Shown here: one piece after another, positions 34,507 to 45,954 of the stretch
Position numbering within the stretch: position 1 is the stretch's first letter
Layout: every line of letters begins with the position of its first letter
DNA from: Diplonema japonicum
Lineage: Eukaryota; Protista; Euglenozoa: Diplonemea
Length of the DNA stretch: 64,000 nt
Assembly: GCA_964019335.1 (NCBI GenBank)
Contig: OZ025657.1
Coordinates: forward strand, 682,001-746,000
Reading direction: 5' to 3'
Position numbers and translations under genes: made by a program
The notes under the pieces: generated by a model
Databases searched by the model: none
Seen by the model: the letters and a program-made list of their open reading frames with translations, nothing else
What the model was told of the DNA's origin: nothing

Positions 34507-35495
34507 ATGCCAAACAAAAGAAAAGGGGGTGGGTCCACTATGGATAGCATCCATGCACTGGGGAAGATGATTAAGTCTGAAGTGAAGGCCATGACAAGGC
34601 CTTGCGACTTCGAAGTGCACCTTGAACCTGAAGGCACCCTAGGCTGCGGCATGGTGGTCATCGACAAAGAGAGTATGCTGAAGACGTTTCGGCCTGAAGT
34701 CTGCACGCTAACAGGAAGCGTGACAATCCGTGTGAAGAAGAACCACGTGGTGGAGTATGAGGAAGCAAGCATCGCCTACGTCGGGACACTGGTCACCTTG
34801 GAAGGTGTTGTCGCGCGAAGGGAACGCTTTCTTAATATCCGGCAACACCTTTCTGACGCGGGGTCCATCTCAGACAGCAAATGTTTCAATTTTACCTTTG
34901 AAAATGTAAGAAGCCCGTTCGATAGTTATAAAGGGTCGCGGGTCACCGTGAAGTACGCCCTTCGTATCAAGCTGAAGCGGAGCATGATGGCCTTCGACGT
35001 CACCAACGACGAGGAGATCTGGATACGATGCCAGCGGCCGCAGATGGACGCCGCGTTGTGCCCTTCACTGCTCGTTGCGCAAAACGATGAATCGTCCTCC
35101 CTCTGGAACAAGCCCTACGGGACGAACAATTACGAAGAACGGCCCTTCGTGCAGGCGCAGCACGGCTACGGCAACATTGTTGAGTATCAAAACCACGCCC
35201 TCCCGCCTGTGGCCGTTGACTGCAACCTCAACGACAGCGATAATGAAGACGATGATAATGACGTGCCCCCCCCACCCCTGGCTGTCAAGGCACAGTCCGC
35301 CCCAAAACCCTCACCGGTTATAAAGAGAATGCCCCCACCACCACCACCAGACTACAATGTGGTGGAGCGGCCCATCGACATCACCGTTGTGTTGGACACA
35401 CGCATGAAGTTGGGGTTGTTTATTGAGCGCAATGTGTACCATACCAGGGATATCATCAAAGGGAGGATGTGTTTCGAGGAGGTGTGTAGGGAAGA

Positions 35496-35531
<36 letters not shown>

Positions 35532-35889
35532 AAACAAGCAGTTGAACGGCTTTGAGCTTGTCGTCGCGAAGTTGCAAATTGTACGCAAGGAACAATACTG
35601 CAATAAGGAACTCTCGAATGAGGTGTTGTTCACGTCCGAGCTGCTAGGTATGTGGAGGAAAAAAAAAAAAAAAAAGAAAAAAAACCCACCAGATGGGGAC
35701 CCACCGCTGCACGTGCCGATACCTCTCTCCCTCCCCTTGCGCGGCATTACGTCTCTCTCGCCCACGTGCCTCAAAATCCATAATAAGGCGAATATGCGCT
35801 TTTTCCTTCGCCTCCTCCTCTTCGACGAAGGCCAGCTTCCCTACACAGCAGAGTCTGAAATAAACATCTGGCGGCAGCCGGAAGCCTAA
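34507..35889 (+). CDS. Vps26-like (arrestin-fold, retromer) protein
   Basis: FNFTFENVRSPFDSYKGSRVTVKYALR and YHTRDIIKG. Introns 35482..35538 and 35648..35692 give LQIVRKE...ELLDGDP...PIP...SPT...RFFLRLLL...ESEINIWR. Confidence 0.85.
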
Positions 35890-36278
35890 GGCGAGGCCAT
35901 CTCTTACTTTTGCAGTATTGTTTTTTTTTTTTTTTCTTTTTTTTTTTCTTTCATTCTTTCCTGTTTCGTGTGGAATGTCTTCATCTTTTTTACGAGGACG
36001 GAGCGGACCCGCGCCAGTGAACCTGACGAAAGCCTCACAAATACGAGTAGGAAGGAAGAAGCGGATAAGGAAGAGGCCTTTGTTTCCTGTTTTTATTTTT
36101 ATTTTTTTATGCCCCTTCTTTTTGTTCCGCAACTGCTTCCTCTTCCTTGTGGTCTTTACTGCTTCGTTCGTTTTTTTTTTTTTTTTTTTTTTCCCTTGAT
36201 ACTTTCCCCTTTTTCTTGTGATTAACTTTACTTTGCCACAGGTGGCACAGCCACAAAAAAAAAAAAAAAAAAAAAAAA

Positions 36279-37268
36279 ATGAGTGAGAATGCAGATATGA
36301 AGAAGTTGGCCTTCACGACGGCTATGCTGTTCCTGTCATGGGGCCTGCATGACTTCCTACAAGAAGCAGTGTTCCGGCAGCCTGGGTTCAGCTATGGGCT
36401 TTTTATGGCGTTTTGTCTGCAAACAGCAGCTGTGCTGGGAGCGAGTGCGAGTTCGTTGTATAGCAAGCGAATGAGCATGGTGGACAAGCAGGCGACGCCC
36501 TGCCTAGGGCCACAGCAGCACAACACGACGATCGAGATCGAGGAAGAAGTGAAAGTGAAGCCGTACGTTGTTTACGGGTACTACATACTGCTTGCGGGTG
36601 TCATCGCTGCCAGCAACGGATTGTCAACAACAGCCCTCAACTATGTGAACATGCCTGCAAAGGTGCTCTTCAAGTCCTCGAAGCTTATCCCCGTCATGGT
36701 CATTGCCGCATGTCTCGGAAGCGAGACCTTCGCGGTGCGGGACTACTTCTGCGCCTTCCTTGTCTGCACGGGCCTTGCCGTCTTCTCCTATGCTGACCTG
36801 TCGTCTGCTGCGCAGTTCTCAGTTATCGGTGTAGGCATCCTCGCCCTTGCTGTCACTGCGGATGCATTAGCCCCCAACCTACAGCAGCTCCTCCTCAAAA
36901 AGTTGAACCAAACAAAGGAAGAAGTCCTTTACTACACGAACTGGCTGTCATCCATCTTCACCTTGTGTGCCTTGAGCGCTAGTGGGACCCTCTTCCCAGC
37001 GATATCGTATCTCAGTGGCAATTCCACAGCGCTCGGACTCCTCCTCCTGCAGTCTGTTGCAGGGTATCTCGGCATTGTGACCTTCCTTTACTCTATCAGC
37101 GAGTTCGGCCCCTCTACTACGGTCCTCATTGCCTCCACACGCAAGATGCTCACCATCACTGTTTCGTATCTAGTCTTCAACAAGCCCTTTCAGGCCCCGC
37201 ATGTTGTGGGCGTCGTATTGGTGTTGGGCGCTGCTACCGCACAGGCATATTTCAAGAAGAGGAAGTAG
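36279..37268 (+). CDS. UAA-family (SLC35B-like) nucleotide-sugar/PAPS transporter
   Basis: ALNYVNMPAKVLFKSSKLIPVM, STRKMLTI, about 10 TMs, C-terminal KKRK. Confidence 0.88.
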   Translation: MSENADMKKLAFTTAMLFLSWGLHDFLQEAVFRQPGFSYGLFMAFCLQTAAVLGASASSLYSKRMSMVDKQATPCLGPQQHNTTIEIEEEVKVKPYVVYGYYILLAGVIAASNGLSTTALNYVNMPAKVLFKSSKLIPVMVIAACLGSETFAVRDYFCAFLVCTGLAVFSYADLSSAAQFSVIGVGILALAVTADALAPNLQQLLLKKLNQTKEEVLYYTNWLSSIFTLCALSASGTLFPAISYLSGNSTALGLLLLQSVAGYLGIVTFLYSISEFGPSTTVLIASTRKMLTITVSYLVFNKPFQAPHVVGVVLVLGAATAQAYFKKRK

Positions 37269-37579
37269 TCGTAAAAGAAGCCGTGCGTGAACATCGATTT
37301 TTTTTATTTATTTTCTTTATTTCTTCTTTCTTTTTAGGCCCTTTTCCCCTTCTTAATTACATGAACCCATGCACTTTTGGTGCCACAGCCCACTGCCTCC
37401 AGAAGCCTGATATCTAAATAGTCCTTTCCCTTCTTCTTTACGAGTGTGGCGTGTCTGGGGGCTGGGTTGCTGTGTTAGCACCTCTGCACCGTTAGAGCAT
37501 AAAGGCAATGGGGGTACACTCATAAGTTCTTTTGTTCTGTGAGTAGAATATGTAGCTTTATTTCATCACAGGTTTACAA

Positions 37580-38836
37580 ATGGTGAAGACACACTGCCAA
37601 GCTGGGACCTGCAAGAGATACACGTACAGGTCGGTAGGCAAAACGAAGTGGTACTGCTGGCAGCACCTGAGCCACATCAAGGAGGGCACGGTCTGTGTGA
37701 ATGTCTGTGTGAATGATGTCAAGAAAGATAGAGAATGCTCGAAATGTCAGAAAACAATGCATAAAGACAAACTCCTGCTCTGCGAGGAGATGGAGTGTGA
37801 ATGCGCGACGCACATATACTGCTTGGAACAGAAGCTTCCTTTCGTTCCACTGGAGCCGTGGTACTGCCCTGCACACAACCTATACGGGAAGAACATTGTG
37901 CTTGAAGACATCCTGCCCGAACCTGGCACAAAGATCATGGTGCTAATGAACTCTGAGCTGGTGTGGTGGCCTGCTGTGGTTGTTCCCACAGATGCTGCGT
38001 ATCTTCCTAAGGTTTTACCGAGAAAAGGCGGCGCTTTGGACAAGAAGAGGACTTTCAAAGAGAAGACAAGGACAAACAAGATATCGATGGACCCCAAGGT
38101 GAAGCGCCCCACTATCGTGGCGGCGTACTACGGGCAGCCCTTCGGCACCAACTCGGAGTTCACAGTCATCAAGCTAGACTGGGACCGCATCAAGAAGCTT
38201 GACTTCGAGTCGCCTTTCTTCGCGTCCCCTTCGAAACCCCTTAGCACCGCATTGCACTTGGCACGGAGATTCGACCTTGACACCACCAACAAAGGGAAAT
38301 TTGCATACAAATCGTGCAAGCCTGTGCACATTGCACAGGAAGAGGACCCACAGACAGCGGTTATGCTGTACCTGATGGAAAAGTGCATGAACTTGAAGGC
38401 TTTGTGCACAGGAAAAAAGGTGAAGTTTGCTATAGTGAAGAAGTGGCTGTGTCGTGGGAGCATGAACATAGACGAAGAAACGACTGCGGCCCTAAGCGTT
38501 GTGTATGAGCTCATCGGAAGAGTGTACGTCCCACCTCTACAAGCTCCTGTTTGCGCTGGGAGAGGACGGCCTCGCAAGCGCGTCTTATCAGCAACTCAAG
38601 GCTCTACACCGCGCGTTGCATCTCCAAAGAACAAGCGACCAAAGTTAGCGTCTCTGTGGATGAGCAAAATGAAACCCCCCCCGGCTCTGCAGGTCACCTT
38701 TGGCATTGAGCCTGCTACACTTGCCGCCTGGGAGCAGGGGAAGAGGCTTGCCAAACACGAAGCTGACTACATTGAGACAGTAGTGCGCCATGTCATAGGA
38801 TGGGAGCTGGGCTTTGACGAGTTACCTGCCAACTAA
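37580..38836 (+). CDS. PHD finger chromatin-associated protein
   Basis: CSKC...LLLCEEMEC...HIYCL...WYCPAH (PHD), a WWPAVV Tudor/PWWP-like strand, and GRGRPRKR (AT-hook-like). Confidence 0.75.
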   Translation: MVKTHCQAGTCKRYTYRSVGKTKWYCWQHLSHIKEGTVCVNVCVNDVKKDRECSKCQKTMHKDKLLLCEEMECECATHIYCLEQKLPFVPLEPWYCPAHNLYGKNIVLEDILPEPGTKIMVLMNSELVWWPAVVVPTDAAYLPKVLPRKGGALDKKRTFKEKTRTNKISMDPKVKRPTIVAAYYGQPFGTNSEFTVIKLDWDRIKKLDFESPFFASPSKPLSTALHLARRFDLDTTNKGKFAYKSCKPVHIAQEEDPQTAVMLYLMEKCMNLKALCTGKKVKFAIVKKWLCRGSMNIDEETTAALSVVYELIGRVYVPPLQAPVCAGRGRPRKRVLSATQGSTPRVASPKNKRPKLASLWMSKMKPPPALQVTFGIEPATLAAWEQGKRLAKHEADYIETVVRHVIGWELGFDELPAN

Positions 38837-38944
38837 TAAAAAAGAAGAAAACCCATGTGCTGGCAAACAATCTTTCATTACACTCAAATACTAACTCTCA
38901 AAAACTGCTTTCTGTGTTCCTTGTAAACGCAATTACCACAGGTG

Positions 38945-41830
38945 ATGGCAGAGCGCATAAACCCGCTCTTCAGAAGAATACCAAATGACAGGCTAAAATC
39001 ATTGCAAGGCAGTTTTAAAAAACTGCTCGATTTGGGACATAACTGCATACATGACCTAGAGGGCTTCAAAAAGACAGCTAAGGAGGAGGAAGTGATAGTG
39101 GACGCAGCGTTGCTACTGGAGTACGGAATCAGCAGTATCCCGGACTTGGGTGCTGTTGTGCAAGAGTTGGAAAAATTGTGTTGCATTTCTCCAAAGGTGG
39201 TAGCACTGTCGACAGCGCAGTTAGAGATCTCCGAGTGGCACGAGGATGTAGATAAAGCCTTTGACGGATGCTATAGAATAGCAGACTGTGAGGTTTGCGC
39301 GGAAATGATAGTATCGGAAGACTTCCAGCCGCACTGGGCAAACAACAAACCTCCTCCGAGTGACCGGATCCTCCAGAAGATCTCCTCTCCCCGGTCTCTT
39401 TCTCTTTCACCTGACCACACTGTGATAGAGACCGACCAAGTAACCAAGGGGCAGGACGAGGCGGGTAACAAGATGATCAACGAGTACACCTGCATCTCTG
39501 AGCTGGGGAGGGGTAGCTACGGAAAGGTGAAGCTTGTCTTACACAACCCAACGGGGAACTACTACGCCATTAAGGTGATGGGAAGGAGCATGAAGGACCA
39601 CGGCGACGTCGAAGAGATTGCGATCATGAAGCGCTGCAACCACACGAATATCTGCGCCCTGCACGAAGTGATCTACGATCTGGAGGGCGAGAAGATGTAC
39701 CTCATCATCGATTACTTCGAGAAGGGTGCCGTCTATGACATGTCATCGAACTCACCTCTCCCTTTGGAAAAGGTGAGGAAGTACTTTGTTGGTATCTGCC
39801 AAGGGCTCGACTACCTTCACGCCCACAAGGTGGTGCACAGGGACGTCAAGCCTGACAACATTCTAGTTGGCGGCGATGACGAAGTTCGCCTCACCGACTT
39901 CGGTATTTCGCACACCATCAACCAAGACACCGAGGTGGCCGACACTCGTGGGACGCCTGCTTTCCTCCCACCAGATGTGATCCGCAACGAAAAGATCCCC
40001 GGGAAGATGGCTGACGTTTGGGCTCTCGGTGTCACAATGTATATCATGTCTACGGGGCAGCTGCCCTTTACAGGGAGCAATTACAAAGAGCTGAGCGAGT
40101 GCATCATCGAAAACAAACCCGACTGGGACAGCGTTACGTCCACAAGCGAACCTCTTGCGGAGCTTCTTAAGGGAATGCTAGAACAGGAGCTGTCCAAGAG
40201 GGTGGGGTTCACCGATGGTGTGCGGGACGTGCTGCGGAGTGAGTTCCTTGTTCACGAACCCAAGGCGGAGATACAAGAGCACACGAAGATAAGCATCACT
40301 CAGGAGGAGAAAGAGAAGGCTATCCTTCAAGGTAGAAACATTAGGCTGAATCTGGGGAACACCGTGGGTGTGATGGTGAAGGTGCGTGGTGCTGTGCAAG
40401 GATTCAAAGGCCTGTCGAAAGGCCATGAAGACTTCATCGTCGTAACGTCCGACCTCTCTGAGAAAGAGACTCAAAGACAGGTTGAGCAGAAACCCGCCAT
40501 CCAAGACGTCGCTGACTCGGACACCGGCTCTGACTCCGACGATGGCGTAGTTAAACCGCCCGAACCCGTTGGCTTGTCTGCTACCAGTGCAGTAGGAAAA
40601 GAGCGACCACCTTCCTTCAGAGTTCAGTCACGTGGCAACCTCTCCCTGACACCAAAGCGGAGTTTCAGAACAGAAGAAGAAGCAGTGATGGAAGAAACCA
40701 ATGCCGATGATCTCATCGAAATCCTGAGAAGCAACAGGAAGATGGTATGCATGGAGCAACAACACTAGCAGCACATCACAGGAACAAAGGGAGCTCACGC
40801 TGAACTGTGTTAAGTTTAAGAGTTTGCCTGCGGAACTCCTTTTGTGCACCCGCTTGGAGCACTTCACAGCCCATCTCAACGGCCTCCAGCAGTTACCTGC
40901 TAACATCAACAAGCTCGAGAATCTTGTCTCACTTAACATCGCACAGAACGACCTTTGTTCCCTCCCTGCCTCCCTCAGCCAGATAAAAACGCTCACAAAA
41001 CTTGATTGCAACCACAATAAGATAGAGTTCCTTCCTGACACCTATGCACACATGTCGCAGCTCAGAAGCATTATCTTGGACTATAACAATTTAGCTGAGG
41101 TGCCGGCGTGTCTTTGCCACATTGTCAAACTGGAGAAATGCTTTATGGCAAACAACGAGAGGATCACACACATCCCGTACGGGGGAAAGAACTGGGAGAG
41201 TTGTCAGGTATGGCACACACAACACAACAACTGCAGGTCTGCGTGACGAACACGCCGCAGCTGATGGCCTCATGGGCGATGGACAAGAAGAACTATCCAA
41301 ACATTACAATGTTGTGGAACAAGCTGTATCCTGACCAGGTCACGGAAACCGTGTTTTTGGGGTCACTGAGGACGGCGCAGTCAGAGCAGGTGTTCAGCTC
41401 CCTGAACATCACGAAGATAGTCACAGCGGGAAAAGGGCTGCTTGTATTGAACCCACTACCGAGCACTGTGCAGCAAATCACGTTGAACATCGACGACAAC
41501 CCTGACCAGAAGCTGACCCCCTTCTTTGACGATGTGTCCGCGTACATCGAAGAGGCACGTGTTGCCAACGAGAAGGTTCTGGTGCATTGCTTTGCGGGGC
41601 TTAGTCGGTCTGTTGCTGTTGCGTGTGCCTATCTGATGAAAACCAAGGCCATGACGTTCAAAGAGTCCATCACACTCATCAAGGGAGCACGCCCTTCTGC
41701 GAACCCAAATGACGGCTTCCGCAAGCAGCTTATCCAGTATGAGTTCGATCTCTACGGGACACGCTTAGCACCTGATGATGTTGAGAACCACTCCAACGGT
41801 AGTGACACAACACAACACGACACAAGATAA
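38945..41830 (+). CDS. CAMKK-like kinase - leucine-rich repeat - dual-specificity phosphatase fusion
   Basis: Introns 40745..40781 and 41208..41236 join three ORFs in frame. Kinase GRGSYG/AIK/HRDVKPDN/DFG; LRRs (LxxLNIAQNDL); DSP VHCFAGLSRS and ANPNDGF. Confidence 0.85.
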
Positions 41831-41974
41831 CACCACAGGACCCACCGTTGAACCTGAAGTTGTAAAGTAATACCTTGCATGCGGCTTCCGCTGTTTGTTT
41901 GTTATTTCCGCTCTCTCTCTTTTGCGTCCTTCTTCTTCTTTTAATATCCATTCGCCATTCCAGACCACACTAGG

Positions 41975-44398
41975 ATGCCCCCTATACCTTGCAACCCGCT
42001 GTCACATGATACGCCTTGGAGAGGCACGGGGTTCAACCCCTTTTCAAGCTCCAAATATGGCAAAGTGAAGACAGGACGCTACAAGGTGTTCAAGAGGGTC
42101 ACCACCGTCGAGGTAGCAGGCAAAGACGTTAACAGGAAAGTAAAAGAAGTGCAGAACAAGGAAGACAGCAAAACTGCAGCGGTAGTGAAGGAGAAGGGTA
42201 AAAGCGTTCCAGGTGCCAAGGCTGCAAGAAAGATAGCAGCTAGGAGAGGATGTGTCATAGCTAGCGACGGTGTGGGGCATAGTGTGCGGCTGTGGTGGGA
42301 TGCTGAGGTAATCAGAAAGGCACAACTTGGTGAGCCCGATGGAAAAATGCCCAAGCACGGCGGCTGGAATCCGCGTGTCTTGAACTACTTGGACTGCCCT
42401 GGCTTCATCACTAGCATGAGCTGCGGCATTGCCCTTCAAGACGTCTGGATTATCAAATTCCGAGACGGCACTGAGATCCCCCTCCACAAGTCTTCTATCT
42501 ACAAGTCCCTTTACCCCCAGCTCCGCTGTTTGTACCGCGGCACCCTCTATCCTAAAAACCCCAAAGGCCTTGGCTGTAGTATCCTAACCCTCCCTGCAAG
42601 TCTCAGACACCAAGTGGCCTCTTTCCTCTTCCACAACCCGCTCCCGTCACTGCAAGACAACACGTACTCTGCCTTTATCACATGCGCTGACAAGCAGATC
42701 TCCACTAGTATCACACGAGACGCGCTGAAAGGGAAGAAGTACACGTTCACCGTGAAAAGGGGTGAGGGGTTAGACGTGTTGAAGGTAGACAGAAAAAAAT
42801 TCATGAAAACTGTGGAAGAAAGCCTGCCTAAGAAAGTAAGGGAAAAGTTCGCGAAGGAGCTGGGAGAGACGGGAGAAGCCACATGGCAAGAAGTGCTAAA
42901 GGTACACAAGAAGGTAGTAGGGGTAGGGTCTGACAATGGGAAAGAAAACGAGAAAGTAAATGACAATAAAGACAAAGCAACAGGCTCGAGGCAGCCGTCG
43001 CCAACAGCAGTAAAAAAGCCACCCGCAAAACCAGGTTCAGCGCTTCCGTCTCTTGCAGAAAGGAAGGCATCTGCTGCTGCTGCAAAGGATGCTACTACAG
43101 TTGTTGCGAGTAAACCGCCCACATCAACTGCCGTTCCTGACAAAAAAGATGTTGAAAAGAAAGAACCTGACAAGAAGGAGCCTCCGAAGAGTGAACCGCA
43201 GAAAACCCCTGCCGCCCAAGCCAGCTCCACAACTGTTGCCGTCACGGACCATGTTATCAGGAGGGACGAGCCAAAGCTCCCTGTCACTGCTCTGCAGGGG
43301 GAATGCGCTAGACTGACGAAGAGGATTACCGAACTAGAAGCACGCTGCAAAGAAGACACCGAAGTGAAGAGCAAGATGCGTGAGGCGATCCGTTTGCTGG
43401 AATGGACACAAGCGCACCATACCTCGCAGCCACAAAGCAGTCCTATGCGTGCTGACACTGGAGAGCAGATCATTGTGACTGTGAAATGCATGGCATCGAA
43501 GCTGTCAAGGCGCAGCATCCCGCCTGTTGACTTCACTGCACGAGAGAATGACACGCTGTACTCATTACTCTGCGAGATTGAGAAATACACAGGAATTCCC
43601 GTTGGGAGGCAAGTGGTGGCAACTGTCGATGAAGGGAAGAAGGTGCACAGAATACCTGCATCCAAGACTATGACAGTGAAGGAGGGTGGGCTCAAAGCTA
43701 ACTGCACGGTCTTAGTAGCAGAATGTGGCCCTGTCACCGTAGACGTGCGGATGGGGCCTAGCATAAAGGTGAGGGTACGCTGCTACCCTGATGAAAGTGT
43801 AGCAGCTCTAAAGGAAAGTCTAATGTCAAAAGCCAACACCTTGAGGCACGGCATGCTGCTACTCATGGATGGGGTGGAGCTGGGGCCAGACACAGCAACT
43901 TTGTGGGAGTGTGGTGTGCGGTGTGGGACTGTTTTAATGGAAATGAAGAGAAAAGAAAGCGACATCAGGATCCGGGCAGGGACGACGGTGACGCGTGTGG
44001 CTGTGGGGAAGCATGATACTGCTGAAGTCGTGAGAAGGAAGGCTGCCGTGCAGCTGGGGATGGATGAAGTGAGGCTGGTCCCCGAGGTGCCCGACAGTGT
44101 AGTCATGCGGCATGCCAACATTGGCTGCTTTACCGCAAAACCCAACGTAGAGCGGCAGCAGGAAGTCAAGTTAGCGGACCAGGTCTCAGACGTGCGTAAT
44201 GTGCTTACCAGGTTGGCTAGAAACACTTCAAGCCTCCAAGACACCGTCCTCTCCCTCACCATGCAAACAGACCCTTACGGGCACCCGTCTCCCTCGTCCC
44301 CCCCTACCACCGTCATGGCAAACACCATAGATTCCATTTCCTTCGCCACCAACAAGCTGGCCCATCCCTCCCGCCCCCTTGACGTCGTCAGGAAGTAA
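41975..44398 (+). CDS. Protein with C-terminal tandem ubiquitin-like domains
   Basis: DTLYSLLCEIEKYTGIPVGRQ...TVKEGGL and ESVAALKESL...DGVEL...TLWECGV resemble Ubl folds; a coiled coil and a low-complexity linker lie upstream. Confidence 0.65.
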   Translation: MPPIPCNPLSHDTPWRGTGFNPFSSSKYGKVKTGRYKVFKRVTTVEVAGKDVNRKVKEVQNKEDSKTAAVVKEKGKSVPGAKAARKIAARRGCVIASDGVGHSVRLWWDAEVIRKAQLGEPDGKMPKHGGWNPRVLNYLDCPGFITSMSCGIALQDVWIIKFRDGTEIPLHKSSIYKSLYPQLRCLYRGTLYPKNPKGLGCSILTLPASLRHQVASFLFHNPLPSLQDNTYSAFITCADKQISTSITRDALKGKKYTFTVKRGEGLDVLKVDRKKFMKTVEESLPKKVREKFAKELGETGEATWQEVLKVHKKVVGVGSDNGKENEKVNDNKDKATGSRQPSPTAVKKPPAKPGSALPSLAERKASAAAAKDATTVVASKPPTSTAVPDKKDVEKKEPDKKEPPKSEPQKTPAAQASSTTVAVTDHVIRRDEPKLPVTALQGECARLTKRITELEARCKEDTEVKSKMREAIRLLEWTQAHHTSQPQSSPMRADTGEQIIVTVKCMASKLSRRSIPPVDFTARENDTLYSLLCEIEKYTGIPVGRQVVATVDEGKKVHRIPASKTMTVKEGGLKANCTVLVAECGPVTVDVRMGPSIKVRVRCYPDESVAALKESLMSKANTLRHGMLLLMDGVELGPDTATLWECGVRCGTVLMEMKRKESDIRIRAGTTVTRVAVGKHDTAEVVRRKAAVQLGMDEVRLVPEVPDSVVMRHANIGCFTAKPNVERQQEVKLADQVSDVRNVLTRLARNTSSLQDTVLSLTMQTDPYGHPSPSSPPTTVMANTIDSISFATNKLAHPSRPLDVVRK

Positions 44399-44495
44399 CT
44401 AGCTGTTCCTCTTTGTATATTTGCACCTGTATTTCACACCATGTAATTGAGTTATTTATTATCCATACTCCTTACCACTCTAGCAGGATAGCAAG

Positions 44496-45789
44496 ATGAG
44501 CTTGTTCGACATCGCGGAGTCGTCCTGGTGGGCGAAAGCGCTTTACTCGCTGATGAGGCTTGATGCCAGTTATCCTAACAGCACTGCCGTGACGGAGGAG
44601 GAGGTTGTGCTTTTATTGTTTTTGGGGGTAGCAGCTTTGTGTTTGTTTTTGTGGGTGCCTTACAAACTGGCGAGGGTGACTACTAGCTCGGGCGGGATTC
44701 CGATGCTCAAGAACCTAGTGCCCGTGGTGATTGTGAGCTACATGTGCGTGTGGATGAAGGTGCAGGTGGACAGTAGGTACGGGTCGTATATTGCTCGACC
44801 GAAGAAAATTACTGAAGTTCCTGAATACAAGGGGGCGATCACCCCTGATGTGTTCAAAAACACTTACAAGGGACTACCAGTGGTGGCGAGAGGGGTGCTA
44901 AACCCTCAGAGTCTGAAAAGGTGGGAACCCGCCGCTCTTGCCAAGGCCTTCAAAGGCTCCAGGGCGGCCATGCAGCTCGGTAACGTGGAGCAGGGCGAAG
45001 CTGGTTATGGTGATTATGAACTGGGAGAGTTCTTCAGTAAGATGGACGACCCTGAGTGGGTGAAGCAGATCTCCGACAAGACTGGAGGGGGTGTGCCATA
45101 CCTTGCGGAAGAGAACAACATCCTGCGACAGGGCGGCAGCGAGTACATGGACGCTGTCTCCGACCTCTTCAAGCAGACGCTCATTGCGGAGAACGACACT
45201 TCGTTCCACTTCACAGACGTGTGGATCTGGGCGGGGCCGAGGGGGGTCAAGACAGGGCTGCATGCCGACTGGGACCCCACTAACCTGCTGCACCAGTTGC
45301 ACGGGGAAAAGACTATCTGGCTGCTGCACCCGTCAGAGTCACCCAAGTGCTACCCATCCACAAAGTACGACATGGGGGCCACCATAGCCAACGTAGACCC
45401 CTTCGACCCTGATTTCGAGAAGTACCCTAAGTACAAGGACGCGCACATCATGCGTGTGGACATCCGCCCTGGCGACGTGATACAGGTGCCTGCCGGGTGG
45501 ATGCACTACGCCGCTTGTCAGACCACATCGTGCGTTTCTCTCTCTGGCCGCTCCTTCAGCTTCCCAGAAACCGTCGCCATGTTGCCTGTCCTTGCAGGTG
45601 CCGTGCTCCACCGCTTCGGGCTCTACGGTGCTGGGAGCTCTACCAGCGGCTACGTGGCAGGTGATGAAGGTGTGAGACGTAGAAAAAGTAAAACAAACAA
45701 TAACTACAGAAACTGTCTCGTCTGACGACATCATGGCACGCCTCAGCAGGCTGGCGTGGTACAGAGCTGGCGAGGAATACGACAACTGA
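44496..45789 (+). CDS. Membrane-anchored JmjC (cupin-8-like) 2-oxoglutarate oxygenase
   Basis: WIWAG...TGLHAD...NLLHQLHGEK...PGDVIQVPAGWMH (HxD...H intact); two N-terminal TMs. Intron 45670..45709 moves the stop to 45787-45789. Confidence 0.85.
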
Positions 45790-45954
45790 GACCTGACGTT
45801 TTTTCTTTTTCTTTTTCCATTCATGTTCTTTCTCTTTTAGAGAAAAACCAAAGACATAGACACCCGGCAACAAGTATTCCTTGAATGGAAACAATATGCT
45901 TATTGTTTCTCTTGATCTCCCCCACCTAAAGCCCACCAAAGGGGGTTACTAACA

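Noticed and set aside
21618-43764. Long minus-strand ORFs (21618..22742, 31590..32504, 42547..43764; also 3294..4073, 5510..6262, 9145..9906)
   Set aside because: Antisense shadows of GC3-rich or repetitive + strand genes; no recognisable motifs.
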